Source: an uncultured delta proteobacterium (GTDB lineage: Bacteria > Desulfobacterota > Binatia > Binatales > Binataceae). From it: a DNA stretch of 64,000 nucleotides. Position numbers and translations under genes: made by a program. Of the stretch, positions 1 through 8,954 are shown piece after piece. The stretch's first letter is position 1, and every line of letters starts with the position of its first letter. The DNA is taken from the NCBI GenBank assembly GCA_963808235.1, contig CAWEEQ010000004.1, forward strand, positions 1,984,001 through 2,048,000, given 5' to 3'. The notes below the pieces were generated by a model, which saw only the letters and a program-made list of their open reading frames with translations, had not been told where the DNA came from and ran no database searches.

Positions 1-245
1 GAGATCTGGAGCTCAAGACGGACGCCGGCAAGCTTATTGTGCAAGTTCATCCTAAGGGCGGCTTTCCGACCAAAGAAACACCGCCAGGGCCACTGCCGAC
101 GCCATTTCGAATCGGGCTGGTTGGTAAGGATCGCGTCGCGATGGTCGAGCCGCCGATGAAGGATATCCAGGGCGAGTTCCTTAGAAATAGGGATGGCTCG
201 ATAGCGTGGCTGCGCTGGGGCCATCGAATCCACGCGCGCGCATAA
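1..245 (+). CDS. C-terminal fragment of a protein running in from the left edge, possibly a serine hydrolase/beta-lactamase-family C-terminal domain
   Basis: Frame is open from position 3 (DLELKTDAGKLIVQVHPKGGFP...GEFLRNRDGSIAWLRWGHRIHARA*); family call is from resemblance only. Confidence 0.5.
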   Translation, partial: DLELKTDAGKLIVQVHPKGGFPTKETPPGPLPTPFRIGLVGKDRVAMVEPPMKDIQGEFLRNRDGSIAWLRWGHRIHARA

Positions 246-260
246 GCAGCGCTCTCGAGC

Positions 261-875
261 TCATCTCGTGACAGCTAGCGGCATCAGGAGTTCGATCCAG
301 AACAGACCCATAAGATAGGCGACCCAGATGTCGCTCGCCCAGTGCGCGCCTAGCACTATCCTGGCGCATGCTCCTACAATCAAAGCGGCCGCACTGAGAA
401 TCGGAATCGCAATTGCCGTCGCGCTCCGCGATAGCCGGAACGCTAACAATCCCAGATATCCAAAGGTAGCCATGTAGATAAGTCCAAAGATGGAAGGGAA
501 CGCATAGCCCTTTGGCTTTCCGACAACTCCTATAAGCACCGGTGAAGGTCGCGGCTGGGCTACATGAGGACTTAGCCAGAATCCGAAAAGGAACAGACCG
601 AAAAAGACCGGTATAGCTACCAACGCTGCGCGCCATCCACTTATAGCCCACGCAGCTACTATGGTCATCGCAAGTAGAACGACCCACCAAGGTTTATCCG
701 CGCTAGCTGTTATCCACTCAGCTATGGAGATAGGCATCGGAACGAACGACTGTATCGCTCGCGCGATCGTCAGATCAGTGGGAAAGTAGGCTAGGTGCGA
801 CGCAGCGAATGCTAACAGCGTGATCGCTACAGCCATGGCAAGCAGCGATAGGATCCTGGTCATGCTGTTCGCCAT
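261..875 (-). CDS. PAP2-superfamily membrane phosphatase-like protein
   Basis: Several hydrophobic segments; RP motif (QPRP), FPS motif and C3-like ARIVLGAHWASD. Confidence 0.75.
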   Translation of the reverse strand: MANSMTRILSLLAMAVAITLLAFAASHLAYFPTDLTIARAIQSFVPMPISIAEWITASADKPWWVVLLAMTIVAAWAISGWRAALVAIPVFFGLFLFGFWLSPHVAQPRPSPVLIGVVGKPKGYAFPSIFGLIYMATFGYLGLLAFRLSRSATAIAIPILSAAALIVGACARIVLGAHWASDIWVAYLMGLFWIELLMPLAVTR

Positions 876-914
876 AGGGGTGCAGATCCCGCTACGTCAT
901 CCTTGACAAAGAGA

Positions 915-1745
915 TCAGAGGGCGAAGAGTTGCCTGATTGCGGCGAGCGACTCGGGCTCGGTTAGGGACGGGGCGTGGCCGACGCCGGGGACTTCGATGC
1001 TGGTTGCGCCGCGGAGCACCTGGCACATGCGAGTTGCGGTCGCGCGCGGAAGGATATCGCTCTCGGCGCCGCGGACGATAAGCGTCGGGCATTCGATCCG
1101 CGCATAGGGTACCCACAAGTCGAGTCGATTGGCCGCAGTCGCGCCGCGCAGGGGGCGGCGGACATTGGGATCGATCTTCCACTTCAGCCCGTCACCGTCG
1201 GGTTTAACCGACCATTTCACCTGTTCCGCGACGATATCGTGGGGGAGTTTCGCGATCGCCGGATAGTTGGCCTGGTAGTAGTTGACGACCTCGCTCATGT
1301 TGTTGAAGCGATCCGGCGCCGAGCCAAAGTAAGCGGCGATGCGCGCCGCGCCGGCCGGATCGATTTCGGGTCCTATATCGTTGAGCACCAGGCGCTCGAC
1401 CCGCTCGGGCCATCCGCCGGCATACATGATGGAAATAATTCCGCCCATCGAGGTGCCGATGAGGCTGGTCCGTGTGACTCCGATCGAATCGAGCATCGCG
1501 GCCAGATCGGTTACATAATTTTGCGGCAGATAATCCGTGGGCGGACCCCACTGGCTATCGCCGCGGCCGCGCACGTCGATCGAGATGACGTGATAGCTGC
1601 CCTCGAGGTGGCGAGCGAGATCGTCGAAGTTGTGCGCGTTGCCGGAGAGACCGTGAATGCATACCACCCACGGGCGCGCATCGTTTCCGTAATCGATATA
1701 GTGAAGGCGAAGATCGCCCACGGTGACAAATTTGTCTGCTGCCAT
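915..1745 (-). CDS. Alpha/beta-fold hydrolase
   Basis: HG oxyanion motif (CIHGLSG), RGRGDS, nucleophile GTSMGG, GAESD and GHAP; ATG at 1745 overlaps the upstream stop (TAATG). Confidence 0.9.
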   Translation of the reverse strand: MAADKFVTVGDLRLHYIDYGNDARPWVVCIHGLSGNAHNFDDLARHLEGSYHVISIDVRGRGDSQWGPPTDYLPQNYVTDLAAMLDSIGVTRTSLIGTSMGGIISIMYAGGWPERVERLVLNDIGPEIDPAGAARIAAYFGSAPDRFNNMSEVVNYYQANYPAIAKLPHDIVAEQVKWSVKPDGDGLKWKIDPNVRRPLRGATAANRLDLWVPYARIECPTLIVRGAESDILPRATATRMCQVLRGATSIEVPGVGHAPSLTEPESLAAIRQLFAL

Positions 1746-2467
1746 TATTTCCCCGGAGTTCTGTTTGCCTGCGGCGTCTGCGCAAGCTGCCATAATTTCT
1801 CGGGCACGATAATCAGCCGGCGACCGTCGCGGATGATAACGTGCTCGCGCTCGAAGTCGTTCAGTTGCTCGGTGGTGCGTTGACGCGAAGCGCCCACCAG
1901 CTCCGCGAGGTCCGCGTGAGTGAGCTTGATCGTCAGCAGCGTCCCGCGCGAATCGCGCACTCCGAATTTTTCCGCCAGTTCGAGCAACGCGCCGGCCAGC
2001 CGCTCCCGCAGTCCAAGCCCGACGAAGTTCGCGTAGCGCACCACCATCCCCCACCATCGACCAACAGTCGCGTCGAGGACGAGGCTCAGACGCTCGAGCG
2101 GAACACCGAGCACAGTATCCACAAAGAGGTCGGGTTTGACCACCGCGACGGTGCAGTCGCTATACGCCTCGCATCGAAACGGCCGCGTCGTCTGCGGTAG
2201 CAGCGACGACAAACCGAAGACCTCGCCGGGGCCGACGAAGCCGACCAGCACGCGTTGCTGGCGATTGACGTAGCAAAGCTTGGCGACCCCTGAGATGAGG
2301 ATGTAAACCCGGCTCGAGGCCTCGCCTTCCATGAAAATGGCGTCGTCGCGCGGGACTCTCAGTGCCGTGGCGTTGGCTGCGAGGCGAGCGGCCTGATCGC
2401 CACGCATCCAGGAAAGAGTCCGCAGTCTGGTTAGTGATTTTGGGTCGATCGCTGGTTGCGCAGACAT
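1745..2467 (-). CDS. Crp/Fnr-family transcriptional regulator
   Basis: cNMP-binding fold (IFMEGE...VYILISGVAKL...GPGEVFG) and C-terminal HTH (LTHADLAELVGASRQRTT). Confidence 0.9.
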   Translation of the reverse strand: MSAQPAIDPKSLTRLRTLSWMRGDQAARLAANATALRVPRDDAIFMEGEASSRVYILISGVAKLCYVNRQQRVLVGFVGPGEVFGLSSLLPQTTRPFRCEAYSDCTVAVVKPDLFVDTVLGVPLERLSLVLDATVGRWWGMVVRYANFVGLGLRERLAGALLELAEKFGVRDSRGTLLTIKLTHADLAELVGASRQRTTEQLNDFEREHVIIRDGRRLIIVPEKLWQLAQTPQANRTPGK

Positions 2468-2528
2468 GTCGGGGTAGTTAGCACAGGCGTTCGCAGATGT
2501 CGCGGATGTGACCATCGGCGGGAATTTT

Positions 2529-2598
2529 TGTCGCTATGGACAGCTTTGGTCGCGACCGTGACAAACTTAAGCGTAGCTAATTGTTGACCTAACTGTCA
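2529..2598. promoter_or_regulatory. Two palindromic N6-spaced candidate operator sites in the crp/pha divergent promoter
   Basis: TGTC-GCTATG-GACA at 2529-2542 and TGAC-CTAACT-GTCA at 2585-2598 in an AT-rich intergenic region. Confidence 0.35.
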
Positions 2599-2686
2599 TA
2601 TTACCTCAACTTCTTTACTGTAAATTTCCAAACCGAAAATTTTTAATCGTCAATCGAGGATCGAAGCGACCCAAGGGGAAACTATT

Positions 2687-3304
2687 ATGGAAGCTAAAAA
2701 AATTGACGACGCCGCGGCCGGGAATCAAAACTCCGCCAATCACAACTCCGCCGCCGCTTCTTTTTCCGAAGAGACTCTGAAGCTTGCGCAGTGCCTGATG
2801 CCGGTGCCGCCGACCGCTAAAATAAGGCGACTGGTAGATACCGCGGCGGTCGAAGTCGAAAAGGAACTGAGCGAACTCGCGTGGAAGGCATACGACTCAA
2901 TCGTCGGACTTGCCAATCGCACGACCAACCAGGTGTTCAGCAACCAGCGGGTCGGACAAGCGCTCGGCGGCTCGATCGATCTGATGCTGCGATGGCAGCG
3001 GTTCAACCACGCGGTGGCGGGGGCGTTGTTTTCGGCGCTGTGGCCGGCGGTGGGACTTCCGACCGGGTCGGAGGTGGCCGCGGTGCGCGCCGATATCCGC
3101 GGGCTTCGCGAGGAATTGCGCGCGGCGGTGGCCGAAGCCGAGACCAATGAAGATTACGCGCGCGAGCTTCACGAAGCGGTGCGTCACTCAATGGTCAACG
3201 GCCCTGATTCCGCTCACGAGCGCAAATCGAGTGCACGGCAGATCGCGGTATGGTCCGGATGGGCGGGCGGCGAGCACATGGAGATAAAAGATGTCGGCAA
3301 TTAG
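2687..3304 (+). CDS. phaE: PhaE-like class III PHA synthase partner subunit (short, divergent)
   Basis: GLPTGSEVAAVRADIRGLREELR resembles the PhaE C-terminal LPTRSE/coiled-coil segment; overlaps the phaC start; RBS AAGGGG. Confidence 0.55.
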   Translation: MEAKKIDDAAAGNQNSANHNSAAASFSEETLKLAQCLMPVPPTAKIRRLVDTAAVEVEKELSELAWKAYDSIVGLANRTTNQVFSNQRVGQALGGSIDLMLRWQRFNHAVAGALFSALWPAVGLPTGSEVAAVRADIRGLREELRAAVAEAETNEDYARELHEAVRHSMVNGPDSAHERKSSARQIAVWSGWAGGEHMEIKDVGN

Positions 3305-4355
3305 CGAAGTAGCGTCATTCTGGATGGAAGGCGCGATGCGCACGATCGACGCGTTTCGCAACGGCTTCGGCATCTCGATGGACGATCCCGAGCCGGCGAC
3401 TCCGTCGCGCGTCATCTACGAGTCGGGTTTGTGCCGGCTCCGCCATTACGAGGCGCGCGGCAGCGTGAAGCATCGCGTTCCGCTGCTGCTAATCTACTCG
3501 CTGATCAAACGGCCGTTCATCCTGGACCTGCGTCCCGGCCGGAGCGTGATCGAGCACCTGGTGAACCAGGGCTTCACGGTTTATCTGATTGACTGGATTC
3601 CGCCGTCAGCCGCCGACAAGGGGCGCGGCTTCGACGCGTACGTAAACGAGGACATCGCCAACGCGGTGCGCGCGATCCAGATTCATAGCGGGGTCGAGCA
3701 GATCTCGATTCTCGGCTACTGCTTCGGGGCGCTACTTGCGCTGATGTACACGGCGCTGCACGGCAATAACGTAAAGAATCTTGTCTCGCTGACAGTTCCG
3801 CTCGACACCAGCGCGCGCGATCTTCCGATCGAGCATCTGACCGCCGCGATGACCGCGCGCAGCGCCGAGATGATCGTCGAGATTTACGGCAATGCGCCGG
3901 CGTGGATGCTATACTCGTTCTTCAACACGCTCGCGCCGACTCATCATATGCTCGACAAGTTCGTGGGCGCGTATCGGAGTTCTGCGCGGCCGGGATTCCT
4001 CGAGACCTTCCGGCTGTTCGAGCAATGGCTGCATAGCGACGTGCCGATGGCGGGAAAGATTTTCATCGAGACGAGTGCGATGTGGCGCGACAATTCGTTT
4101 CTCAAAGGTGAAATGAAGGTGGGCAAGACGGTCGCGGATCTCAAGAAGATCGAGGCGCCGTTGCTCAACGTGATCGGCGACTTCGATGACATCGTGAATC
4201 CGCGCTCGAGTGAGCCGCTACCGGAACTGGTCTCGAGCGCCGACAAACGCAACCTCCACTATCCGACCGGGCACATGGGAGCGGCGGTAAGTTCGGACTC
4301 GCTGAAGCGGTTGTGGCCGCAAATTTCCAATTGGCTGGCGGAACGGGACAACTAA
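3291..4355 (+). CDS. phaC: Class III poly(3-hydroxyalkanoate) synthase PhaC
   Basis: 354 aa; PLLLIYSLIKRPFILDL, lipase box GYCFG, catalytic Asp (GDFDDIV) and His (TGHMG). Confidence 0.88.
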   Translation: MSAISEVASFWMEGAMRTIDAFRNGFGISMDDPEPATPSRVIYESGLCRLRHYEARGSVKHRVPLLLIYSLIKRPFILDLRPGRSVIEHLVNQGFTVYLIDWIPPSAADKGRGFDAYVNEDIANAVRAIQIHSGVEQISILGYCFGALLALMYTALHGNNVKNLVSLTVPLDTSARDLPIEHLTAAMTARSAEMIVEIYGNAPAWMLYSFFNTLAPTHHMLDKFVGAYRSSARPGFLETFRLFEQWLHSDVPMAGKIFIETSAMWRDNSFLKGEMKVGKTVADLKKIEAPLLNVIGDFDDIVNPRSSEPLPELVSSADKRNLHYPTGHMGAAVSSDSLKRLWPQISNWLAERDN

Positions 4356-4491
4356 ACACTAAACGGCTTGCGAACGTTCGAGAGCGTCACCAATGCGACA
4401 AAAGAAACCGACGAAAAGTGAATCGATGGGTAGTTTAGATAAACCAAACGGGGCGAAGACATCGCACCAAAAGTCCGCGGGAGAAAAAAAG

Positions 4492-4764
4492 ATGGCAGAG
4501 AAAGAAAGCGTGTCGGGAGTGTTCGAAAACGTCGCCAACCTGGGCGCCAAGCTGATCAACGTCGAAGGCGCGAAGAAGTTCGCCGCGTGGTATATCGACA
4601 CCACCGAGAAAGTCGCGAACCAGGCGATCGATTTCCAGGAGTCCGCGACGCAGTGGGCCAAGCAGACTCCGCTCGCGCCCATTTTCGCGGCGCAGTACGA
4701 GTACGGCAAGAAGATCGTCGAGCGTTCGGCCAACGCGGCGCGCTCGCTCTGGCGCCTCGAATAA
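4492..4764 (+). CDS. Small helical protein, putative phasin (PHA granule protein)
   Basis: 90 aa, amphipathic helical character, GGAG RBS, directly downstream of phaC. Confidence 0.5.
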   Translation: MAEKESVSGVFENVANLGAKLINVEGAKKFAAWYIDTTEKVANQAIDFQESATQWAKQTPLAPIFAAQYEYGKKIVERSANAARSLWRLE

Positions 4765-4799
4765 CTACGACCGAGTAAGAGTTCCTTCGATAAGAGATT

Positions 4800-4829
4800 G
4801 GAAGCGCGGCGCGAGAGCGCCGCGCTTTC
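4800..4829 (+). terminator. Stable hairpin, probable terminator of the pha genes
   Basis: GGAAGCGCGGCGC-GAGA-GCGCCGCGCTTTC, 13-bp stem with GNRA loop. Confidence 0.65.
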
Positions 4830-5000
4830 GAGACTCGACCTGTGCTCGCCCGCCTATTTCGAAGGCGAGCGACTCGAAGCCGTCCCGCGCCCTGCCCGAT
4901 CGCTAACAACTCGTTGACGGCCGCTAGACTTTCAAGCGGCGCGATGATTGATTGCGCTCAATCGCGAATCATGGTCATCGGGCGAACTTACTGAGCAGTT

Positions 5001-7544
5001 ATGAATGGGGCGGCGATCAGCGCATCGGTTCTGCTGCTTGTGCTAGTGGCGATTGCGGCGTGGTACCGGTCGCGGATGGGGACCGGCTTTCAAGTCGCTT
5101 TCCTGATTCGTTTTCAGTTAATGCTGATCTTCTCACCGCTGCTGATCCTGGGGGCGAGTTTTGTCGTCGCGAACGTGTTCGGCAACTTGCTTATTGCCCT
5201 CTGGATCCACCAGGCCTTTTTCATTTCGTGGATCGGATTTTCGTCGGCGTGGCTGTGTTTGGCCATGATGATGACGGTGCTCGATCACACCGGGGACAGA
5301 TTTGGAGTCGACTACAAGCCTCCTTTCGGTTTTTGGACGTGGTCGCCGCGTCTGTTCACGATACCGCCGCTAGTGCTGATGATCGCCGTGTTGTTGGATT
5401 CAACCTGGTCGATGGATGGGTCCAGCCGGGCGGCGATGGCTATAACCGCCGGGCGGGTGAGCCTGGGCTTGTTGTTGGGATTTCTGGCTGCTTTGGTAAG
5501 TGTAAAGTTCGTCGAACGCGTTTTCCGTTTTCTGGAACAGACCTCGGAAGGAGACGCGGAACGGATCGCGAAACAGAGTGACGAACCTGAGCATGGCGAA
5601 TCGGCGGGAATCGAGGCTCATATCGAGCACGTCGCTACGGCGCCGAGACAGTTCATCTTTCCGGTTGAAGCCAAGACAACGCCACGCTCTGAAAAATCCG
5701 GCCGGATCGGGGATTGGCTCAAACGTCTCTCCTGGCTGTCTAAATGGTTGGGGCCCGGCTATTTCCGGCCAGATGGGCGAGTGTATTCAGAGCATCTGGT
5801 CGAGCTGGCGGCGGCGATTTCTGGACTCGTCGCATACGTCTTAATTTTTTTCTGGGGCTGGTCACGACTGCGGCATCATGCGGGCAGCACGGGGATTCCG
5901 GCGCTGGCATATCTGGAAGCGCTGTTTCTTTTTTCCGTGATGGGTCTGGCTGCGGCGGCCTTTTACCTCGATCGCTACCGGGTTCCGGTTCTTTTGACGG
6001 TGATGGTGTACTCGTTCCTGGGTTCGCAGTTCTTTGACACCGATCATTTTTGGCTCGCGACTCGAAGGGCGCAGACTTCTTACTACGCGCCAGACGCACT
6101 CGATTCTTTCCTCAAGGCTCAGTCAGGCAAGGATGCGAAAGATGTTTTGCACGCCAACGACGGGAAGCCGGTGCTGATCGTGGTGTGCGCGAGCGGCGGA
6201 GGGATTGAGGCGGCGGCGTGGACGGCGAAGGTGTTGACTGGATTGCAAACCGCGCTGGGGCAGAATTTCACGCGCTCGATCCGGCTTATCAGCTCGACTT
6301 CCGGCGGGAGCGTGGGTTCCTTGTTCTTCGTTCAGTCAATGTACCAGGCGAAGGACGCACCCGAGAACGCGCAGTTGCCAGCGATCCTGGCGGCCGCGGA
6401 AAGGCCGAGTCTCGACGCAATCGGATGGGGTCTCGCGGAAGTGGATTTCGCGCGGCTGATGCTTCCGTTGGTTCGCTCGATAGGGCTGCGGCTCAGTAGA
6501 GAAGCCAATGGCGATGAAGCACGCGAACTGGATCGGAGCTGGGCTTTGGAACAGGCCTGGAATTCGGCGCTGCCTGACCCGAACCATCGCGATCCGATCA
6601 TCGTCAGTAACTTGTCGGATTGGAGCGAGCGCGTGAGTGACGGAACGCTGCCCGGCACGGTGTTCAACGCTACGTTGGTCGAGACTGGGAACCCGCTTCT
6701 ACTGAGCACAATAAAAGTTCCGGAGCCTCACCCAAGTAATGTGGTGATCTTCGGACAATCGCCTGACAGCGGCGCCAACATGTCGACGGTTACTGCGGCA
6801 AGATTGTCGGCAACATTTCCTTATGTCAGTCCGGTCGCGCGCGGGCACTATCCAGGCGAAGGCGAAAGCGTTGAATCTCCGGTATGGGGACTTCACGTCG
6901 CCGACGGAGGCTACTACGACAACTACGGGACGACGGTGGCGGCCGAATGGATCAAGGACGCGGTTCAAAGGCATCGGCAGGAAATCGGCAAGGTCGTAAT
7001 CATCTCGATTGACGCGTTTCCGGAAAAATTCGACGGCGATCCCGCGCCACCGAAGGACCCGAAAACGGGGAAGCGTCCCGATCGAGCGCCGCTGCTCAAT
7101 CCAAACAGCGGATGGGGCAGTGAAATCCTGGGTCCGATCAAGACAGTTATCAACGCGCGCAGCGCTACCCAGCTCGGCCGCGACGCGATCGAGTTGGACT
7201 TGCTGAAGTTGCTGAATGAATCTTCGAAGGCGGCGGACAAAACTGCCGGCGCGGGATCAACGTCGGCGCCGGCCTCTGCAGATGCTAACTCGGCGGGATC
7301 GGATATCAATTGTGAGGACTCCGTCATCAGGGTTCCATTTGTCGCCGAGCATGACGGTCCGCTGTCATGGCAGCTTTCCCAGCCGCAGATTGCGCAGATC
7401 GATTGCGACTGGAAGTGTCCGGACATCCAAAAACGTGTCAGTGATTTGAGCCGATGTCTCGGGCTCACCGCTCCGCATGATGTGGCGCCCTGTCCCGAAA
7501 CGGGAACTGTGCCGGTGTGCCCGAACTCCAATCCGGCGCATTGA
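5001..7544 (+). CDS. Multi-pass membrane protein with C-terminal patatin-like phospholipase domain
   Basis: Multiple N-terminal TM segments; ASGGGIEAA, nucleophile SSTSGGS, SATFPYVSP and DGGYYDNYG. Confidence 0.8.
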   Translation: MNGAAISASVLLLVLVAIAAWYRSRMGTGFQVAFLIRFQLMLIFSPLLILGASFVVANVFGNLLIALWIHQAFFISWIGFSSAWLCLAMMMTVLDHTGDRFGVDYKPPFGFWTWSPRLFTIPPLVLMIAVLLDSTWSMDGSSRAAMAITAGRVSLGLLLGFLAALVSVKFVERVFRFLEQTSEGDAERIAKQSDEPEHGESAGIEAHIEHVATAPRQFIFPVEAKTTPRSEKSGRIGDWLKRLSWLSKWLGPGYFRPDGRVYSEHLVELAAAISGLVAYVLIFFWGWSRLRHHAGSTGIPALAYLEALFLFSVMGLAAAAFYLDRYRVPVLLTVMVYSFLGSQFFDTDHFWLATRRAQTSYYAPDALDSFLKAQSGKDAKDVLHANDGKPVLIVVCASGGGIEAAAWTAKVLTGLQTALGQNFTRSIRLISSTSGGSVGSLFFVQSMYQAKDAPENAQLPAILAAAERPSLDAIGWGLAEVDFARLMLPLVRSIGLRLSREANGDEARELDRSWALEQAWNSALPDPNHRDPIIVSNLSDWSERVSDGTLPGTVFNATLVETGNPLLLSTIKVPEPHPSNVVIFGQSPDSGANMSTVTAARLSATFPYVSPVARGHYPGEGESVESPVWGLHVADGGYYDNYGTTVAAEWIKDAVQRHRQEIGKVVIISIDAFPEKFDGDPAPPKDPKTGKRPDRAPLLNPNSGWGSEILGPIKTVINARSATQLGRDAIELDLLKLLNESSKAADKTAGAGSTSAPASADANSAGSDINCEDSVIRVPFVAEHDGPLSWQLSQPQIAQIDCDWKCPDIQKRVSDLSRCLGLTAPHDVAPCPETGTVPVCPNSNPAH

Positions 7545-7576
7545 AGCCAGGCGGCGAGACGTTTTTCATCCATCGT

Positions 7577-8902
7577 CTATGCTGATTGCGCATTGGTGCG
7601 GGGGCGCAGCGATGCGGCGAGATCTGCGGCGAAGCGGCGCGCGTCGTCGGGCGTCAGGGTTGATACGGTGACGCGAATTCCCGGTGGGCTTTTTATCCGA
7701 TAGCACTCGCCGGCTCTTATCGCCCAGCCTTTTTCCGCCATCGCGTTGGTCACCCTCGCCTCTTCGGCGACCGGGATCCATACGTTGAGGCCGGAGCGTC
7801 CGTGCGCTTCTATTCCAAATTCCGCGAGCGCTTCCATAAGCGCGTGGCGGCGATGCGTGTAGGTGTCGGCGGCGGCCTTAAGTCGCGCGGCGGTTTTCGG
7901 ATCCGCCCACACTCGCGCGACGAGGTCCTGCAGGATGTGGCTGACCCATCGCGGGCCGAGGCTCTGCCGGCCCTGCACGCGCGCGACGGTTAGCGCGTCG
8001 CCAGCCATCGCGCTGACTCGCAAATCGGGGCCGAGCGACTTCGACACCGATCTCACCGTGGCCCATCGCGCACGCCCGGCAGAGAGTGTGAAGGCGGGAG
8101 CGCCGGCGACAGGCCCGGCGTGATCGTCCTCGATCAGGACGCACTCGGGAAAGGCGGCGAGCACCTGTCGAAGTTCTCCGGCACGTTTTCGATCGAGCGC
8201 GGCGCCGGTGGGGTTTTGCGCGCGCGGCGTGACGATAAATGCTTTCGCGCCAAGCTTCAGCGCGCGATTCAAATCCGTGCGCAACGGGCCCGAGTCGTCG
8301 ATCTCAACCGGCTCCGCAACCAGTCCCATCGCAGCTACCAGGTCGAGCACGCCGGTGTAGCTGGGGTCTTCCACCGCGACCCGATCGCCTGGGCGGAGCC
8401 ATCCCTGCAGCACGCGCTCGACCGCGTCGAGTGCACCGCTCACGATCGCAATTGACGACGACTCGATTCCGTCGCGCTTGAACTGGCGCGCGGCCAGCTC
8501 GAGCAGCTCGGTGCGATTTTCCGCGTCGCCATACTGGCCGGGGTCTCCGCCGAGACGCGCGAGATAGGGCTTGAGCGGCGGGAGCATCGCGGGGTCCGGG
8601 CCGCCTTCGAAGAGGTTGCGCAGTCCGGGCGCTGGCGCAGGTGCCGAGCGGGTTAGAATCGGAGGACGACGATTGACGACGGTGCCGCGCCGTCCGGAGC
8701 CGTGCACGAGTCCGCGCACTCGGAGCGCGTTGTAGGCGGCGGCCACCGTGGTCGGGCTCACGTGAAGGCGCGTCGCGAGGGCGCGGACAGTGGGCAGGCG
8801 CTCGCCTGCGGCGAGCCGGCCGCTGCGGATGCCGTCTTCGATGCTGGCCGCGATCTGATTGCCTGATTCTCCGCGAATCTGATAATGTACCGATACGTTC
8901 AT
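7577..8902 (-). CDS. MocR/PtsJ-like GntR regulator with PLP aminotransferase domain
   Basis: wHTH (GERLPTVRALA...VSPTTVAAAY), AQNPTG, IEDDHAG and SVSKSLGPDLR. Confidence 0.9.
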   Translation of the reverse strand: MNVSVHYQIRGESGNQIAASIEDGIRSGRLAAGERLPTVRALATRLHVSPTTVAAAYNALRVRGLVHGSGRRGTVVNRRPPILTRSAPAPAPGLRNLFEGGPDPAMLPPLKPYLARLGGDPGQYGDAENRTELLELAARQFKRDGIESSSIAIVSGALDAVERVLQGWLRPGDRVAVEDPSYTGVLDLVAAMGLVAEPVEIDDSGPLRTDLNRALKLGAKAFIVTPRAQNPTGAALDRKRAGELRQVLAAFPECVLIEDDHAGPVAGAPAFTLSAGRARWATVRSVSKSLGPDLRVSAMAGDALTVARVQGRQSLGPRWVSHILQDLVARVWADPKTAARLKAAADTYTHRRHALMEALAEFGIEAHGRSGLNVWIPVAEEARVTNAMAEKGWAIRAGECYRIKSPPGIRVTVSTLTPDDARRFAADLAASLRPRTNAQSA

Positions 8903-8921
8903 AGTTATGTAGTGTAACAAA
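8884..8921. promoter_or_regulatory. Paired TGT-N6-ACR boxes, candidate operator of the MocR regulator
   Basis: TGT-ACCGAT-ACG (8886-8897) and TGT-AGTGTA-ACA (8908-8919), 22 bp apart at the divergent junction. Confidence 0.4.
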
Positions 8922-8954
8922 GAGGCGGCGCAGATGAAAGAGGCGACGGAAGGT

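Noticed and set aside
5001-7544. CBASS-type defence system around the patatin gene
   Set aside because: No nucleotidyltransferase or other defence genes adjacent
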